From NCBI GenBank assembly GCA_018238545.1, contig JABCTC010000019.1:1-64000 (forward strand): a stretch of 64,000 nucleotides of DNA, written 5' to 3'. The notes under the pieces were generated by a model, which ran no database searches, had not been told where the DNA came from, and saw only the letters and a list, made by a program, of their open reading frames with translations. Position 1 is the first letter of the stretch. Every line of letters begins with the position of its first letter. This document shows, one piece after another, positions 39,998-50,583 of this stretch. The position numbers and the translations under genes are program-made. This DNA comes from Candidatus Heimdallarchaeota archaeon. Its GTDB lineage: Archaea; Asgardarchaeota; Heimdallarchaeia; Heimdallarchaeales; Heimdallarchaeaceae.

Positions 39998-41020
39998 ATG
40001 TCAGAAGAAATTAAACCACAATTTATGGATGAAGAATTCGCAGTGGCAGAAATTGTTGATTCAGGAAAAAAAATTTCTCAGAGAACAAGAAAAATTGTAA
40101 CTTGGGCAGCACTACTCATAGTAATTATAAAAGCTGTAGGAATGTTTATTGGTCCATATATTCAAAGTATAAGCATACTTTTGTCAATTGCGTTACTAAC
40201 CATTAGTGATTTAGCTTTAATAGGTTTAGCAACTGGTTTCTTCCTTTTCTATAAAGAGGAGGAAAATATTAATTTGTTATATTCTTCAATCTTAGTATTT
40301 TTTGGAGGAATAATCAACATACCAGGTTACATTATTGGTGGTTTAACTGAAACTCAAATAATCCTCATATCGGAAACTAATATACTTATTATTAACATTC
40401 TTTCTATTATCTCACTTGTTTCTTTGTGCGCAGCCTTTGTATTTATGAAACAGACTTTAGATGGGTTTAGAAAAGAAAAAAGAAATATTTTCAAAGGTCA
40501 ATTATCCCTTCCACTCGGATACTTTCTGCATGTAGTGTATGTTGTTATGTATACAATTGTACCTCTGGATTCAATATCATACATTGACTCAGAAGGGAAC
40601 TTTGCAATTCTAGAAGAATTTGTAACTTTCTATAATGTAGCAAGGTATATAGATTTAGCAGCTGTTGTTATGGTTGTTTGGGGGTTCTGGTATTTACGAC
40701 GAGCCTATGTAATCTTGGATAAACTTCCTGAAGGCTTCTTTGAAAAACAAGAAGCTCAGAAATCTGCATTTGCTCAGCAAAGAGCTCAGAGATCTCAGAA
40801 ACCTCAGAAACCTGCTCAATCTATGCTAGGTTTAGGTAGACAAAGACCCATTCCTCCATCAGAAAGAAAAGAAGATGAAATTGATTACAAACCCACTATA
40901 ATACCTCCGGAAGAATTTAGAGGTAAAAAGATGTTTTGCGTTAAGTGTGGTCTAGAACTAGAACATGATGCAGTTTACTGTGCAAATTGTGGTGAACCGA
41001 ACCCTTACATTAAAAGGTGA
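39998..41020 (+). CDS. 6-TM membrane protein with Q/P-rich linker and C-terminal zinc ribbon
   Basis: Six TM; CVKCG...YCANCG. Confidence 0.75.
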   Translation: MSEEIKPQFMDEEFAVAEIVDSGKKISQRTRKIVTWAALLIVIIKAVGMFIGPYIQSISILLSIALLTISDLALIGLATGFFLFYKEEENINLLYSSILVFFGGIINIPGYIIGGLTETQIILISETNILIINILSIISLVSLCAAFVFMKQTLDGFRKEKRNIFKGQLSLPLGYFLHVVYVVMYTIVPLDSISYIDSEGNFAILEEFVTFYNVARYIDLAAVVMVVWGFWYLRRAYVILDKLPEGFFEKQEAQKSAFAQQRAQRSQKPQKPAQSMLGLGRQRPIPPSERKEDEIDYKPTIIPPEEFRGKKMFCVKCGLELEHDAVYCANCGEPNPYIKR

Positions 41021-41024
41021 CAGA

Positions 41025-41735
41025 ATGTACACTTCAAATGATATTGTAAAACATCTTTTCTATTCAACTTGGATTATGGTTTTACTTCAATCCATTATTA
41101 CCGTAAGCAACTCCTTGCTTGCACCTTATTATCAGAATTTACCATTGATTTTAGCTATAGCATTTGATTGTGTAATTGTACTTTTTGCACTAGGAATCTT
41201 ACGAGCTGGAAGAGAAAAGAAGGAGCTTAAACTTTGGTTACCAACAAGTATATTACTCTTAGTTAGTGCAGCATCTGACATCATTATCATAATTCTCTAT
41301 TACATTCTAGGAAGAGAGCAGATATGGGATTTATCTCCAGTTATCTTTGTGAGATTATCATTACTCATTGTATTTTATGTAACATTGGTAGCATCATTCA
41401 CGCTGAATAAATTCTTTTTTGATGACTTGCTAGATAAAAATAATATAAACAGAAAAACAGATTTTCTTCTTCCTATAGGATTTCTTGTTTTATTTATTCC
41501 AGGCGTATTATCTTGGTTCAGCGTATATCTTTTCCCTCAACAACTCCCAGTTTGGTTACAAAACACTGCATTTGCTCTATTCTTGTTCGCTCAATTTGCG
41601 ATAGTTCTTAGTCTTTTCCAATTAACAAGTACATTAAATTTACTGAGGAGGAAAAATATTCAACAACAGGAAAAATCTGATAAACTAGAAGAAAAAGAAG
41701 AAGAAACTGAGGTTGAAACAAAAGATAGCGAATAG
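41025..41735 (+). CDS. 6-TM membrane protein, apparent paralog of its neighbours
   Basis: AGGTGA SD before ATG at 41025; shared LPIGF segment. Confidence 0.72.
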   Translation: MYTSNDIVKHLFYSTWIMVLLQSIITVSNSLLAPYYQNLPLILAIAFDCVIVLFALGILRAGREKKELKLWLPTSILLLVSAASDIIIIILYYILGREQIWDLSPVIFVRLSLLIVFYVTLVASFTLNKFFFDDLLDKNNINRKTDFLLPIGFLVLFIPGVLSWFSVYLFPQQLPVWLQNTAFALFLFAQFAIVLSLFQLTSTLNLLRRKNIQQQEKSDKLEEKEEETEVETKDSE

Positions 41736-41743
41736 GTGGACAG

Positions 41744-42403
41744 ATGAGTATATACAGAAATTCAAAACTATATACAAGTGGAAGCATACTAGTCATATTC
41801 TTTTACATATTATTAGCAATATTCACTTCTGGTCTTGCTTTAGCAGTGTTCGGTGGATGGGATCCTTCACAAATATTATATGCACCAATCTTAATTGGTT
41901 TAGTTGGAATGGGTAAAGCAGCATTGAATTTTAGTAAAGAGAGTGAGTTTGCGTGGGAACGTGGAAAACTGATTGCAATACTCATTTTCATAGGTTCAGG
42001 AATATTGCTTCTCGGATTACTCTTATTAATATTTACAACTTGGAATGACATTGAGGTTCTTGTCTATCTTGGAGATATTGGACTCATTTTATCTTGCATT
42101 GTATATGCAATAGGATTTTTCTTTCTTCAGAAACAATTAGCAGCTCTTTACCTCAAAAGAGTTATTGTGAAGTATCCTAACTACTTCATTTCTATAGGTT
42201 TTGGCGTTCAATCTCTAGCCTATACATTGCTATTCATAAACTGGTTTGTTTCAAATGAAACAGCAACTGCAACAATAGTAATTGCAGGGATAGTTCTAGC
42301 AGTTATATCCATAATATTTCTAATTGTAGGATTTATACCTGTAAACATCGCATTTCGAACTTATCCGTATTTAGTAGAAAATGAAGAAATAAGACCAGGA
42401 TAA
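41744..42403 (+). CDS. 6-TM membrane protein, apparent paralog of its neighbours
   Basis: AGGTGG SD; ISIGF at the equivalent position. Confidence 0.72.
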   Translation: MSIYRNSKLYTSGSILVIFFYILLAIFTSGLALAVFGGWDPSQILYAPILIGLVGMGKAALNFSKESEFAWERGKLIAILIFIGSGILLLGLLLLIFTTWNDIEVLVYLGDIGLILSCIVYAIGFFFLQKQLAALYLKRVIVKYPNYFISIGFGVQSLAYTLLFINWFVSNETATATIVIAGIVLAVISIIFLIVGFIPVNIAFRTYPYLVENEEIRPG

Positions 42404-42405
42404 TT

Positions 42406-43278
42406 TCAATCTTTGTTAACCAACAATTGAGAAGTTTGTAATAGGTCGTTTATTTTTCGTTCTATTTGAAACTTATCGGAAAGAATCGCAAAAGATACTT
42501 TAAATTGGTGAATATTCTCAAGCTTCCCAACCATTTGTGATAAAACTGAAGCAATTTCATTGATTGATTCTTGCCCTTCTTCTTCTGTGACTATACCTAG
42601 AAAAGTAACAAATATATCTGATCTTCTTTTTTGAGAGAGAAGATTTATCATGCTTGTTGATTTCACTACTTGCATCTTGTCTAATGGATTAAAAATAAAT
42701 AAAAACCCCTCTGATAATTCAAAGAGAAGGTTAGCAATAGAAGTTATATCACGACCATAATTAATAACACAGAATCGACAGTCTACAATATCATTACCAA
42801 TAGTTTTTTCGGCATTTATTGGTTCATATCCCCCTTCATAATTGTATGTGGTTTGAAGATTTCCTTTGGTTAAATATGTGTCAATAACTCTTTGTACCAA
42901 AAAGTTTTCTCCATAAACAGTAATCTTAACTTTTGCTTTTTTGTCTAATCTTAAATTTCTAGCAAAGTCTTCCCTTATGATTTCTTTTGATAGTAAAGAA
43001 GACTGAGTGTATGGACCAGGCCTTGTACTCTGGTACCAAGAAACGAAAGTGTCTTTAATTTCAGCTGTAACGTCACGGACAAGTTCAGGTGTAATATACA
43101 CTTTTTTTCCAGAACTTACTGCTAATCCGAAAGCCATAGGAAGCTCTTTGATAAAATCAGCGAGATCTTGAGAATTTATATTAATGATTGATGAGAGTAT
43201 TTCTAATTCCCAGACATTCTTCTTATCGATAAGAGAAAGAAGTTGCTCAGCTATAGCATTTTCCTTTTCTGAACTCAT
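42406..43278 (-). CDS. Putative wHTH domain fused to a degenerate Rab/Ras-like domain
   Basis: KVKITVYGE...KTI....V...F...NYG...LFELSEGFLFIFN, no GKS/T. Confidence 0.5.
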   Translation of the reverse strand: MSSEKENAIAEQLLSLIDKKNVWELEILSSIININSQDLADFIKELPMAFGLAVSSGKKVYITPELVRDVTAEIKDTFVSWYQSTRPGPYTQSSLLSKEIIREDFARNLRLDKKAKVKITVYGENFLVQRVIDTYLTKGNLQTTYNYEGGYEPINAEKTIGNDIVDCRFCVINYGRDITSIANLLFELSEGFLFIFNPLDKMQVVKSTSMINLLSQKRRSDIFVTFLGIVTEEEGQESINEIASVLSQMVGKLENIHQFKVSFAILSDKFQIERKINDLLQTSQLLVNKD

Positions 43279-43384
43279 AGGAGGATACTAGTTCGAACTA
43301 CTTTAAAATAATTTCTAAATGTAGAGTTTTGGTTAAGCATTAAAGTTTTAAATAACACTCTTTTCATACATTTGTAAATAGTAG

Positions 43385-44371
43385 GTGTATTTAATGGAAA
43401 TATTCGTTGGATTTGAATGGTGGCATTATCTGCTCTTGTTTGGTGCTGGATTGATTTCGGGAGCAATTTCTCCTACTTTTGGTATTGGAGGAGGCTTACT
43501 AAACGTTCCAATACTTCTTATAGGTTTTCCTGCTCTTATTGATACCTTTGTTACAGCAACTGGAGGAGCTATTTCTGTTGGTGATGCTGCAACAACCACC
43601 TCTTTAGCAGTTATCATTATTACAGCTTTAAGTGGTTCTATTTCATTTATGAGAGAAAAACGAACAGATTTTAGGGTGGCAATTACTTTCATGATCTTTG
43701 CTATACCTGGTGCAATTTCAGGAGCACTTTTCTCTAATCTTTTCTTAAAGGTGCAAGACGTTGGGATGGATCTTTACCAAATAGTTTTTGCTGTTACAAT
43801 GATTCTAATAGCGGTTTATAAGATAACTACAATTATAATCAGTAGGATTAAAAAGAAAAAAGGGATTACTGTTGAACAAAAAGAAATCTCTAAAGAAGAA
43901 ATTGCAGAAAGTCAAAAAGATAAACCTTGGTGGTTACATACTGTTCTTTTCAGAGAATTCTCCGATCATCATGAGATCCATTTTAAGTATAAAGTAAAAT
44001 TACTCCCTGGAGTATTGATTGCATTCATTGGTGGTTTTATTGGAACACTCCTAGGATTGGGAGGAGGGGTTATTTATGTCCCGATTTTAACCATGGGATT
44101 GGGTCTTCCTGCAGCAATTGCCACAGCAACTTCTACACTTACAATCCTATTTGCAACTCCTATTGGTTTAGGAATAAGATTACTTCTTGGGTCTTATGTT
44201 CATTGGGGAATAGTGATTTGTATGGCTGCAGGAACTTTAATTACTGCAAATATAGTTCCAAGATTCTTATTCAAGATAAAATCAGAAGTAATCTTAACAG
44301 GATTTTGGCTATTAGCAATTTCAGCCGCGATTAGGGTGCTAATAAAAGTATTTACAGATATAAGCATTTAA
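43385..44371 (+). CDS. Sulfite exporter TauE/SafE family protein
   Basis: FGIGGGLLNVP and LGLGGGVIYVP duplicated motif, ATATS. Confidence 0.92.
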   Translation: MYLMEIFVGFEWWHYLLLFGAGLISGAISPTFGIGGGLLNVPILLIGFPALIDTFVTATGGAISVGDAATTTSLAVIIITALSGSISFMREKRTDFRVAITFMIFAIPGAISGALFSNLFLKVQDVGMDLYQIVFAVTMILIAVYKITTIIISRIKKKKGITVEQKEISKEEIAESQKDKPWWLHTVLFREFSDHHEIHFKYKVKLLPGVLIAFIGGFIGTLLGLGGGVIYVPILTMGLGLPAAIATATSTLTILFATPIGLGIRLLLGSYVHWGIVICMAAGTLITANIVPRFLFKIKSEVILTGFWLLAISAAIRVLIKVFTDISI

Positions 44372-44373
44372 TC

Positions 44374-45696
44374 TCACAGAGACAATTTCACCCTATATCC
44401 TCTTCCCAATTTTTTCGGTATTGGTAAGGGTTCTCCATCTGTTCCATAAACCATTGTTACAGTGCAGCCATACAATTCTTCCAAGGATGCTGTTTTTATT
44501 GGTATTTGGATATCTATCAGATAAAATGACTTCGATCCAAACTTATATGATTCTGGAGATTTAAAAATAAGCTTTGTAAGCGCTTCTTCAAGTATATCTA
44601 ATATCCTACCACTGCTGAAACCATCACCGTATGGATTTGAAAATTCTTTCATTTTTTTCATTATTTCTTTATCTGATAATAGGTGTTCAATAGTTTGAAG
44701 AATTTCAAGAGCTTTGGGTCGTACAAGGAAGTTAACTCCTCCTTCAACTGTTTCCGGTCTCTCTGTATTTGGTCTGATTGTGATACATGGAATTTTCAAT
44801 ATTGACGCTTCTTCAACTAAACCTCCTGAATCGGTGATAATTAGGTGACATTTTTCATCTGTTAGTAGTTTCAGCATTGACATGTAATTTACAGATTTGT
44901 AAATATACAACCCTTCTATCTGTTTGAATTTATCGTATAGCTTATACTCGTGTAATTTTTTCTCTGTTCTTGGATGTAATAAGAAGATTTTCAGATATCC
45001 TCTAAAAGATTCTAAAGCTTGAATAATTTCTAACAAGTTCTCTTTGTTCTCGACATTAGATACTCTGTGGATCGTACAAATAGAATATTCTCCGTTTACT
45101 TCTTGAAGAATCTTGTCAGCCTGTGAAGTCTTTGCTTTGGATAATTTCGAGGAGAAGATACGAATTGCATCTACTATAGTATTTCCTGTATTGAACACTC
45201 TTCTGGGTTCAATGCCTTCATTAAGTAGGTTCAAAACAGCTTTATCTGAAGGAGCGAAATGAATTGTTGCAACGCTATCTGCTATTCTTCGATTTATTTC
45301 TTCAGGCATTGTATTATCGTATGATCTCAAACCTGCTTCAATATGACCAAAGGGGATATCAGTTTGATTACTAACTAAAGCAGCTGCCAGTACACTTATT
45401 GTATCACCTACTGCTAAGACGATATCAGGTTTATTCTTCTTGTAATAGTTCCCAAGTTTTGTTATCATTTTTCCCAGTTGAGTATGGAGGGCGGTAGATT
45501 TTACTTCTAAATTAATATCTGGAGATGGGATGTGTAAGGATTTCAAGAATTGTTCAGACATTTCCACGTCGTAATGTTGACCTGTATGTATTATATTGAA
45601 AGAAATCTTTCTTCTCTGAGCTTCAAGTATTAATGGTGCTAGTTTTATTATTTCAGGCCTTGTTCCTAGAACAAATGAAATGGAAACCATTAGCAA
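44374..45696 (-). CDS. wecB: UDP-N-acetylglucosamine 2-epimerase (non-hydrolysing)
   Basis: GTRPEIIKLAP, HTGQHYD, HIEAGLRS, MPEEINR, TDSGG.VEEA, NPYGDG. Confidence 0.96.
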   Translation of the reverse strand: MLMVSISFVLGTRPEIIKLAPLILEAQRRKISFNIIHTGQHYDVEMSEQFLKSLHIPSPDINLEVKSTALHTQLGKMITKLGNYYKKNKPDIVLAVGDTISVLAAALVSNQTDIPFGHIEAGLRSYDNTMPEEINRRIADSVATIHFAPSDKAVLNLLNEGIEPRRVFNTGNTIVDAIRIFSSKLSKAKTSQADKILQEVNGEYSICTIHRVSNVENKENLLEIIQALESFRGYLKIFLLHPRTEKKLHEYKLYDKFKQIEGLYIYKSVNYMSMLKLLTDEKCHLIITDSGGLVEEASILKIPCITIRPNTERPETVEGGVNFLVRPKALEILQTIEHLLSDKEIMKKMKEFSNPYGDGFSSGRILDILEEALTKLIFKSPESYKFGSKSFYLIDIQIPIKTASLEELYGCTVTMVYGTDGEPLPIPKKLGRGYRVKLSL

Positions 45697-45741
45697 TAGT
45701 TATTCTTTGAAAAATATAAGTCTTAGTGAAGTTGAGTAAGA

Positions 45742-46839
45742 TTAAGACATGAGAGTGAAATTTTTCTCTAGTAGAGACAGAACATAATCAACTTGCTCCC
45801 CTGTTAGCATTTTATTTACTTTGAAATCCACGAGATAGCTATCTAACTCTTCAATAACCAGCTTTGTAGTTTTAGCTAGTACTCTACTTGAAATCTTTGT
45901 TTGTATTATAATGAAGATTTTTTCTCCTGCGTAGAAGGACATAGTAGAGGAACTAGTTTTCAATTCTTTGAATTGCTCTTCCTCGGTCGTTGCTACGTAC
46001 TCACGAACAAAGTGAAAAAGACCAGCAAGATATCCTGAAGCTGCAATTATTTTTTCTTCAAAAGAAATCCTTCTACCTCGGAGAGGAGAATAACCAAGAA
46101 GAGGGTTCCCTTCTCGATCTACTACCAAAATCGCTTCAATACCATGAGATAGAGATTGACTCTGGTAGAATGAAACAATTAAAACAACGACGAAGGTATA
46201 TGCAAGATCAGCTATATTGAAAGCTAGAATATTTTCTTCGAGCATCTTCCGCCTTATAGTAACCAGAACTGCAAAACCAATTAATAACAAGATAAGAAGT
46301 AAGGTTACATCCCTTTTTACTTTTATTCTTCTACTTTTTGATGAAGACGCAAGTTTGAAGTATCGTACATAGACACCTAGTAAGAGGAAAGAACTTACTA
46401 AAACTAAAGAACCATAAATGAATCCATAAATATCTGTAAAAATAACATCATAAATTGATATAGTTAAGATTCTGAAACTTTCGATTGAAACATCCAATGG
46501 AATAATTATGAAGTAAAGAGCCAAAGTAGATAGACTGATTGCGAGAATTCTACTTGCTCTAGACGTTATAATCATAGATTGTTCTAAACAAGCTGTAAAA
46601 AGGATAATTAAAGCAACTGATTGAACAACTTGTAAAATACGATATAAAATTAACAATGCTGGGTTCTGGTTTTCTAATACCTCAATTATTTCAAATAGGC
46701 CATAAGATATAAGAAATGCTACCCACGGCTTATAAAATGGATTTTGTCTTTTAATTCCCCAATATGTGGCAAAAGCTCCGCCCAAGATTAGCGCTACTGC
46801 TACACTATATTTGAAGATAATATATGTTTGGTCAAACAT
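45742..46839 (-). CDS. 7-TM membrane protein with C-terminal cytoplasmic longin-like domain
   Basis: Seven hydrophobic helices; GIEAILVVDREGNPL...ASGYLAGLFHFVRE...FKEL...MSFY...IFIII; probable start MFDQTY. Confidence 0.7.
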   Translation of the reverse strand: MFDQTYIIFKYSVAVALILGGAFATYWGIKRQNPFYKPWVAFLISYGLFEIIEVLENQNPALLILYRILQVVQSVALIILFTACLEQSMIITSRASRILAISLSTLALYFIIIPLDVSIESFRILTISIYDVIFTDIYGFIYGSLVLVSSFLLLGVYVRYFKLASSSKSRRIKVKRDVTLLLILLLIGFAVLVTIRRKMLEENILAFNIADLAYTFVVVLIVSFYQSQSLSHGIEAILVVDREGNPLLGYSPLRGRRISFEEKIIAASGYLAGLFHFVREYVATTEEEQFKELKTSSSTMSFYAGEKIFIIIQTKISSRVLAKTTKLVIEELDSYLVDFKVNKMLTGEQVDYVLSLLEKNFTLMS

Positions 46840-46942
46840 TTGAACCCCTAACTGTTCTACCTTTAATATACAGAAGAGCATATCCCTATAAAACATTTGT
46901 TAGAGGTTGTAAAAAGGGTTGAGTGTATTGAATAGGTTTTAA

Positions 46943-48634
46943 TTACTTTCTAATATTATCTTCGGGTCCCCACATCTTGCTCAAATTTTTAGATTTTCGC
47001 AAGTAGAAGAAGAGGTAGACAATTGCTAGTGTACCAAAAATGCCTGCGAGAATATAGAAAGCAAAAGGAGATGGAGGTTTTACATTTCGAACATTTAACC
47101 TAATTTCACCTATATCAGATATCCAATCCTTTCCATCATAAACAGCAACTTTCAAGTAGTATGAACCTGGATCTACAGAGGTTACATTCCAGAAGAAGGA
47201 GGTTTGATCTGTTAGATTTGTTCCTAAAACATCCCAGTTCCAACCATTATCTGAAACTAAAACTGTACAATTTAGATCATCTCCATCCAAGTCATCCATT
47301 GTCCAGGTTATGGTATAATTTTCAAATACTTGATTCACCGTTGAAGGATTTGTTACTTCAATACTGGGGAGGTTGTTGGAATAAGTTAATCTTGGTTCTT
47401 CAGCTAAATAGATCATAGCTGGGTAGACATATTCACAATTAGATAGAATTTGGTTTCCAGGAGGATTGAAATCATCAAACCATGACCCAGTTAAGCTATA
47501 ATAAGTTTCTAAGGTAAAACAAAGAATATTATGAGAAACATAGCAGTAATCTCCCCACTCACCATTTGCGTATCCCGCTGATTCATTCCAAAGTGGCCAA
47601 TGGAGAATATCTTGCAAGTCAACTAACAGTGCATTAAATTCATCTTCATCAGCTAAAGGTAAGGAGCCATTATGAGCCCAAGGAGTGAGTATAGATTTTA
47701 TACCACTGTGAAGACTAATAGCAAAATTGAAAGCATGTTCCAGCATGAAATTTCTCATGATTTGGGTTTCATTCTCACTGAAGGGATAGGCTCCGCGATA
47801 AAAAGGATCTTTTTTTACAGTAGAAGAACCAGCACCTTCCCAGTAAGCTCCATAATTTCGATTGAGATCGACACCTCCAGGTAAATCTTCAGCTTCTGAA
47901 CCATCACCATCTAAATCTGATTGTAGAATTGCAGAAGTGTTTGCATCATAATCCCAGTAATATATCCGTTCTAGTTCATCATCGAGTAAACCATCCATGT
48001 CGGTGTCGTTTAAACCATCCCCATCGTCGTCAATGGTATGTAGATTTTTGCGCTGTTCAGGAAACCAATGAATAATCGAAATACCATCTGGGTTTAACAT
48101 AGGAATGATATATAATTCTCTGCTAGATAATAGATCTTCAAAGAGACCAAAAATTGAATCATATACAATTTTGTCTATGAAATAAAGTGCATTTTCTACA
48201 GAGATCAATTCTCTAGCATGATGTTCTGCTACGATGTAATATTCTGTTTTAGCACTGGTTATTGTTTCATTAGTTAGTTTCACACACCAAACATCATTAT
48301 TATGCCATGTTTTCCCTATTGAGAATACATCCACTATTTCAGGAAAAGTAGCATTCAGGAGTACTAGCTTATCTGTTAATTCTGTGTAATTGTGATAAGG
48401 CCCTAGATCCTCTCCCCAGTAGACTACATCTTCACCACTAATTGGTCCAGGTGCACCAGCAAGTTCTTGCCATAACCAATAGTAAGCTTCTGGTTCTGTT
48501 TCTTCCTGACTCTGAACAGCAAATATGAAAGAGGAATTAACTACAGTATTCAATATCTGGGAATTAAAAAATAGTATAAGGATAAATACTCCTAGAGTCT
48601 TTCTCTTCATTGTTCTATTTGATATAATTATCAT
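46943..48634 (-). CDS. M14 zinc carboxypeptidase, secreted and C-terminally anchored
   Basis: HHARE, NPDG, RKN, GVDLNRN, SLHSG, TLET; acidic DxDxDG insert; C-terminal TM. Confidence 0.92.
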   Translation of the reverse strand: MIIISNRTMKRKTLGVFILILFFNSQILNTVVNSSFIFAVQSQEETEPEAYYWLWQELAGAPGPISGEDVVYWGEDLGPYHNYTELTDKLVLLNATFPEIVDVFSIGKTWHNNDVWCVKLTNETITSAKTEYYIVAEHHARELISVENALYFIDKIVYDSIFGLFEDLLSSRELYIIPMLNPDGISIIHWFPEQRKNLHTIDDDGDGLNDTDMDGLLDDELERIYYWDYDANTSAILQSDLDGDGSEAEDLPGGVDLNRNYGAYWEGAGSSTVKKDPFYRGAYPFSENETQIMRNFMLEHAFNFAISLHSGIKSILTPWAHNGSLPLADEDEFNALLVDLQDILHWPLWNESAGYANGEWGDYCYVSHNILCFTLETYYSLTGSWFDDFNPPGNQILSNCEYVYPAMIYLAEEPRLTYSNNLPSIEVTNPSTVNQVFENYTITWTMDDLDGDDLNCTVLVSDNGWNWDVLGTNLTDQTSFFWNVTSVDPGSYYLKVAVYDGKDWISDIGEIRLNVRNVKPPSPFAFYILAGIFGTLAIVYLFFYLRKSKNLSKMWGPEDNIRK

Positions 48635-48712
48635 TAATAAATCTCACTAATTGTATGAATATATGAACAAAACTGCTCAAAATGTTTTTAAGACTAATCC
48701 GAGTAAGATAAA

Positions 48713-50482
48713 ATGGGTTTTATTATGAGAAAAAAAACTATTATTAATTTCATGATTTTGTCATCTTTACTAATTGTAGTAATTAGCTTAAGTTTTTCTA
48801 GCAATGTAACAGCTGTCACAGACAGTTTCACAGAAAATTTTTCATCCACAAGTTACCGTGATTTTGTCAATTCAGATGTATCAGATTGGGGATCAGGTGA
48901 GATAAGAATCTCTAATCAAGAGCCTTCAGAATTGGGTAATTACCCCTCTTCCGATGAATCATTAGATGTAGCCATCGACGGTGATCTAGCATATGTACCA
49001 GATAGAACCAATGGAGTTATGATTCTTAATATTTCGAATTCATTGTCTCCTAGTTTTGTAGGTAATTATACTCCAACAGTTACTAGCAAAGCAGAAGATG
49101 TTTGCATTAGTGGTGATTATGCATACATTGGTTATAGTTGGGCTGGATTTCACATCATTGATATAAGTGATCCTGAAAATCCAACTAACGTTTATACATA
49201 TAATCCAGGAGATGCTTGGGGAGACGTGGAAGTGATTGGAAATTATGCGTACGTTATATCCAATCTTGGACTTTATGTATTTGATGTAACAAATCTAGGA
49301 AGTGTTTCTGTGGATGATTTCATAGGATATCCTCCAACAGGATTGCCAAACGGTTTAAAAATACAAGGTAACTATGCGTACATTGCTTCTGGGAATGTCA
49401 ATTTGTGGGTAGTTGATATAACAGATACAACCAACATTCTAGATGTAGGAACATTTGGTCCTTCTGAATATGGTAGAAACCTATTCATATCTGGAGATTT
49501 TGTATATGTCGCAAGTGCTACAAATGGAGTGAATATCTACAATATTAGCAATCCTCTTTCTCCAATCGTTATAGGAGATTATTCTGGAATTTTTGGAGAC
49601 CAAATTTATAACACATACATTGTAGATGACACATTATATTGTTCAGGGGGTACTAATGGTTTAATTGTAGTCGATGTTAGTGATCCAACAACTCCAAGCC
49701 AATATACTGTTGCTGACACAGCAGGTGAAACTAAAGCAATTGTTGTAATTGGAGGTCTTGCCTATATTGCTGATGGCCCAAATGGTTTACAAATACTTGA
49801 TGTTAGTACAATTTACCAATATAACACGGAAAGTACTGCACAATCATACGCAGTGTTCACTGGTGAACAGGAAACTCTCTTGAGAAATGCAACACTAACT
49901 GCAACAGATACAATTGTTGTAAACACTGCAATAGATTATTATCTCTCTGCAGATAACGGTGTGAACTGGGAAAGCATAACATCGGGCGTACTTCATACAT
50001 TTATCAATCAAGGTTACCAATTGAAGTGGAAGGCAGTTTTAAGTACAACAAACATAGACATTACTCCTTATATTGATACAATATCTATAGACTATATCTC
50101 GAAACTTAATGCAGTATCACTGTTAAATCCATATAATGGAATCGTAACAATAGATGATACACCCACTTTTGAATGGGCTGAATTGACAGGTATTAGCGAC
50201 TACCTGATTCAAATAGATGAAACTGATGACTTCCTAGCTCCAGTCATAAATGAAACAGTAGCTGATACAACATATACAGTATCATCAGCTTTAGCACCAA
50301 AAACCTATTACTGGAGAGTTTCTGGGATAGATAATGGAGGAGATACAGGTATTTTTTCAGAAGCAAGAATACTTGTTATTCAAGCATTAGTACCTGAATT
50401 TAATTTCATCTCATTTTCAGTATTCACTCTGATTACTCTTTCAATCGTTTTTGTAGTAGTATTGAAAAGAAAGAGAAGCTAG
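48713..50482 (+). CDS. LVIVD-repeat surface protein with PEF-CTERM-like tail (paralog of 18254..20053)
   Basis: Signal peptide, LVIVD repeats, YYLSADNGVNWE...LKWKA, VPEF-TM-KRKRS. Confidence 0.88.
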   Translation: MGFIMRKKTIINFMILSSLLIVVISLSFSSNVTAVTDSFTENFSSTSYRDFVNSDVSDWGSGEIRISNQEPSELGNYPSSDESLDVAIDGDLAYVPDRTNGVMILNISNSLSPSFVGNYTPTVTSKAEDVCISGDYAYIGYSWAGFHIIDISDPENPTNVYTYNPGDAWGDVEVIGNYAYVISNLGLYVFDVTNLGSVSVDDFIGYPPTGLPNGLKIQGNYAYIASGNVNLWVVDITDTTNILDVGTFGPSEYGRNLFISGDFVYVASATNGVNIYNISNPLSPIVIGDYSGIFGDQIYNTYIVDDTLYCSGGTNGLIVVDVSDPTTPSQYTVADTAGETKAIVVIGGLAYIADGPNGLQILDVSTIYQYNTESTAQSYAVFTGEQETLLRNATLTATDTIVVNTAIDYYLSADNGVNWESITSGVLHTFINQGYQLKWKAVLSTTNIDITPYIDTISIDYISKLNAVSLLNPYNGIVTIDDTPTFEWAELTGISDYLIQIDETDDFLAPVINETVADTTYTVSSALAPKTYYWRVSGIDNGGDTGIFSEARILVIQALVPEFNFISFSVFTLITLSIVFVVVLKRKRS

Positions 50483-50583
50483 CCTTCTTTTCTTTTTCCA
50501 CTTTTTTTAATTGTTTTCTAGTCAAAGAAAAAGGCTTAAATAACGGTTGTGCAGAGATGTTCCATAAGCGAAAGCAGTAGTGA

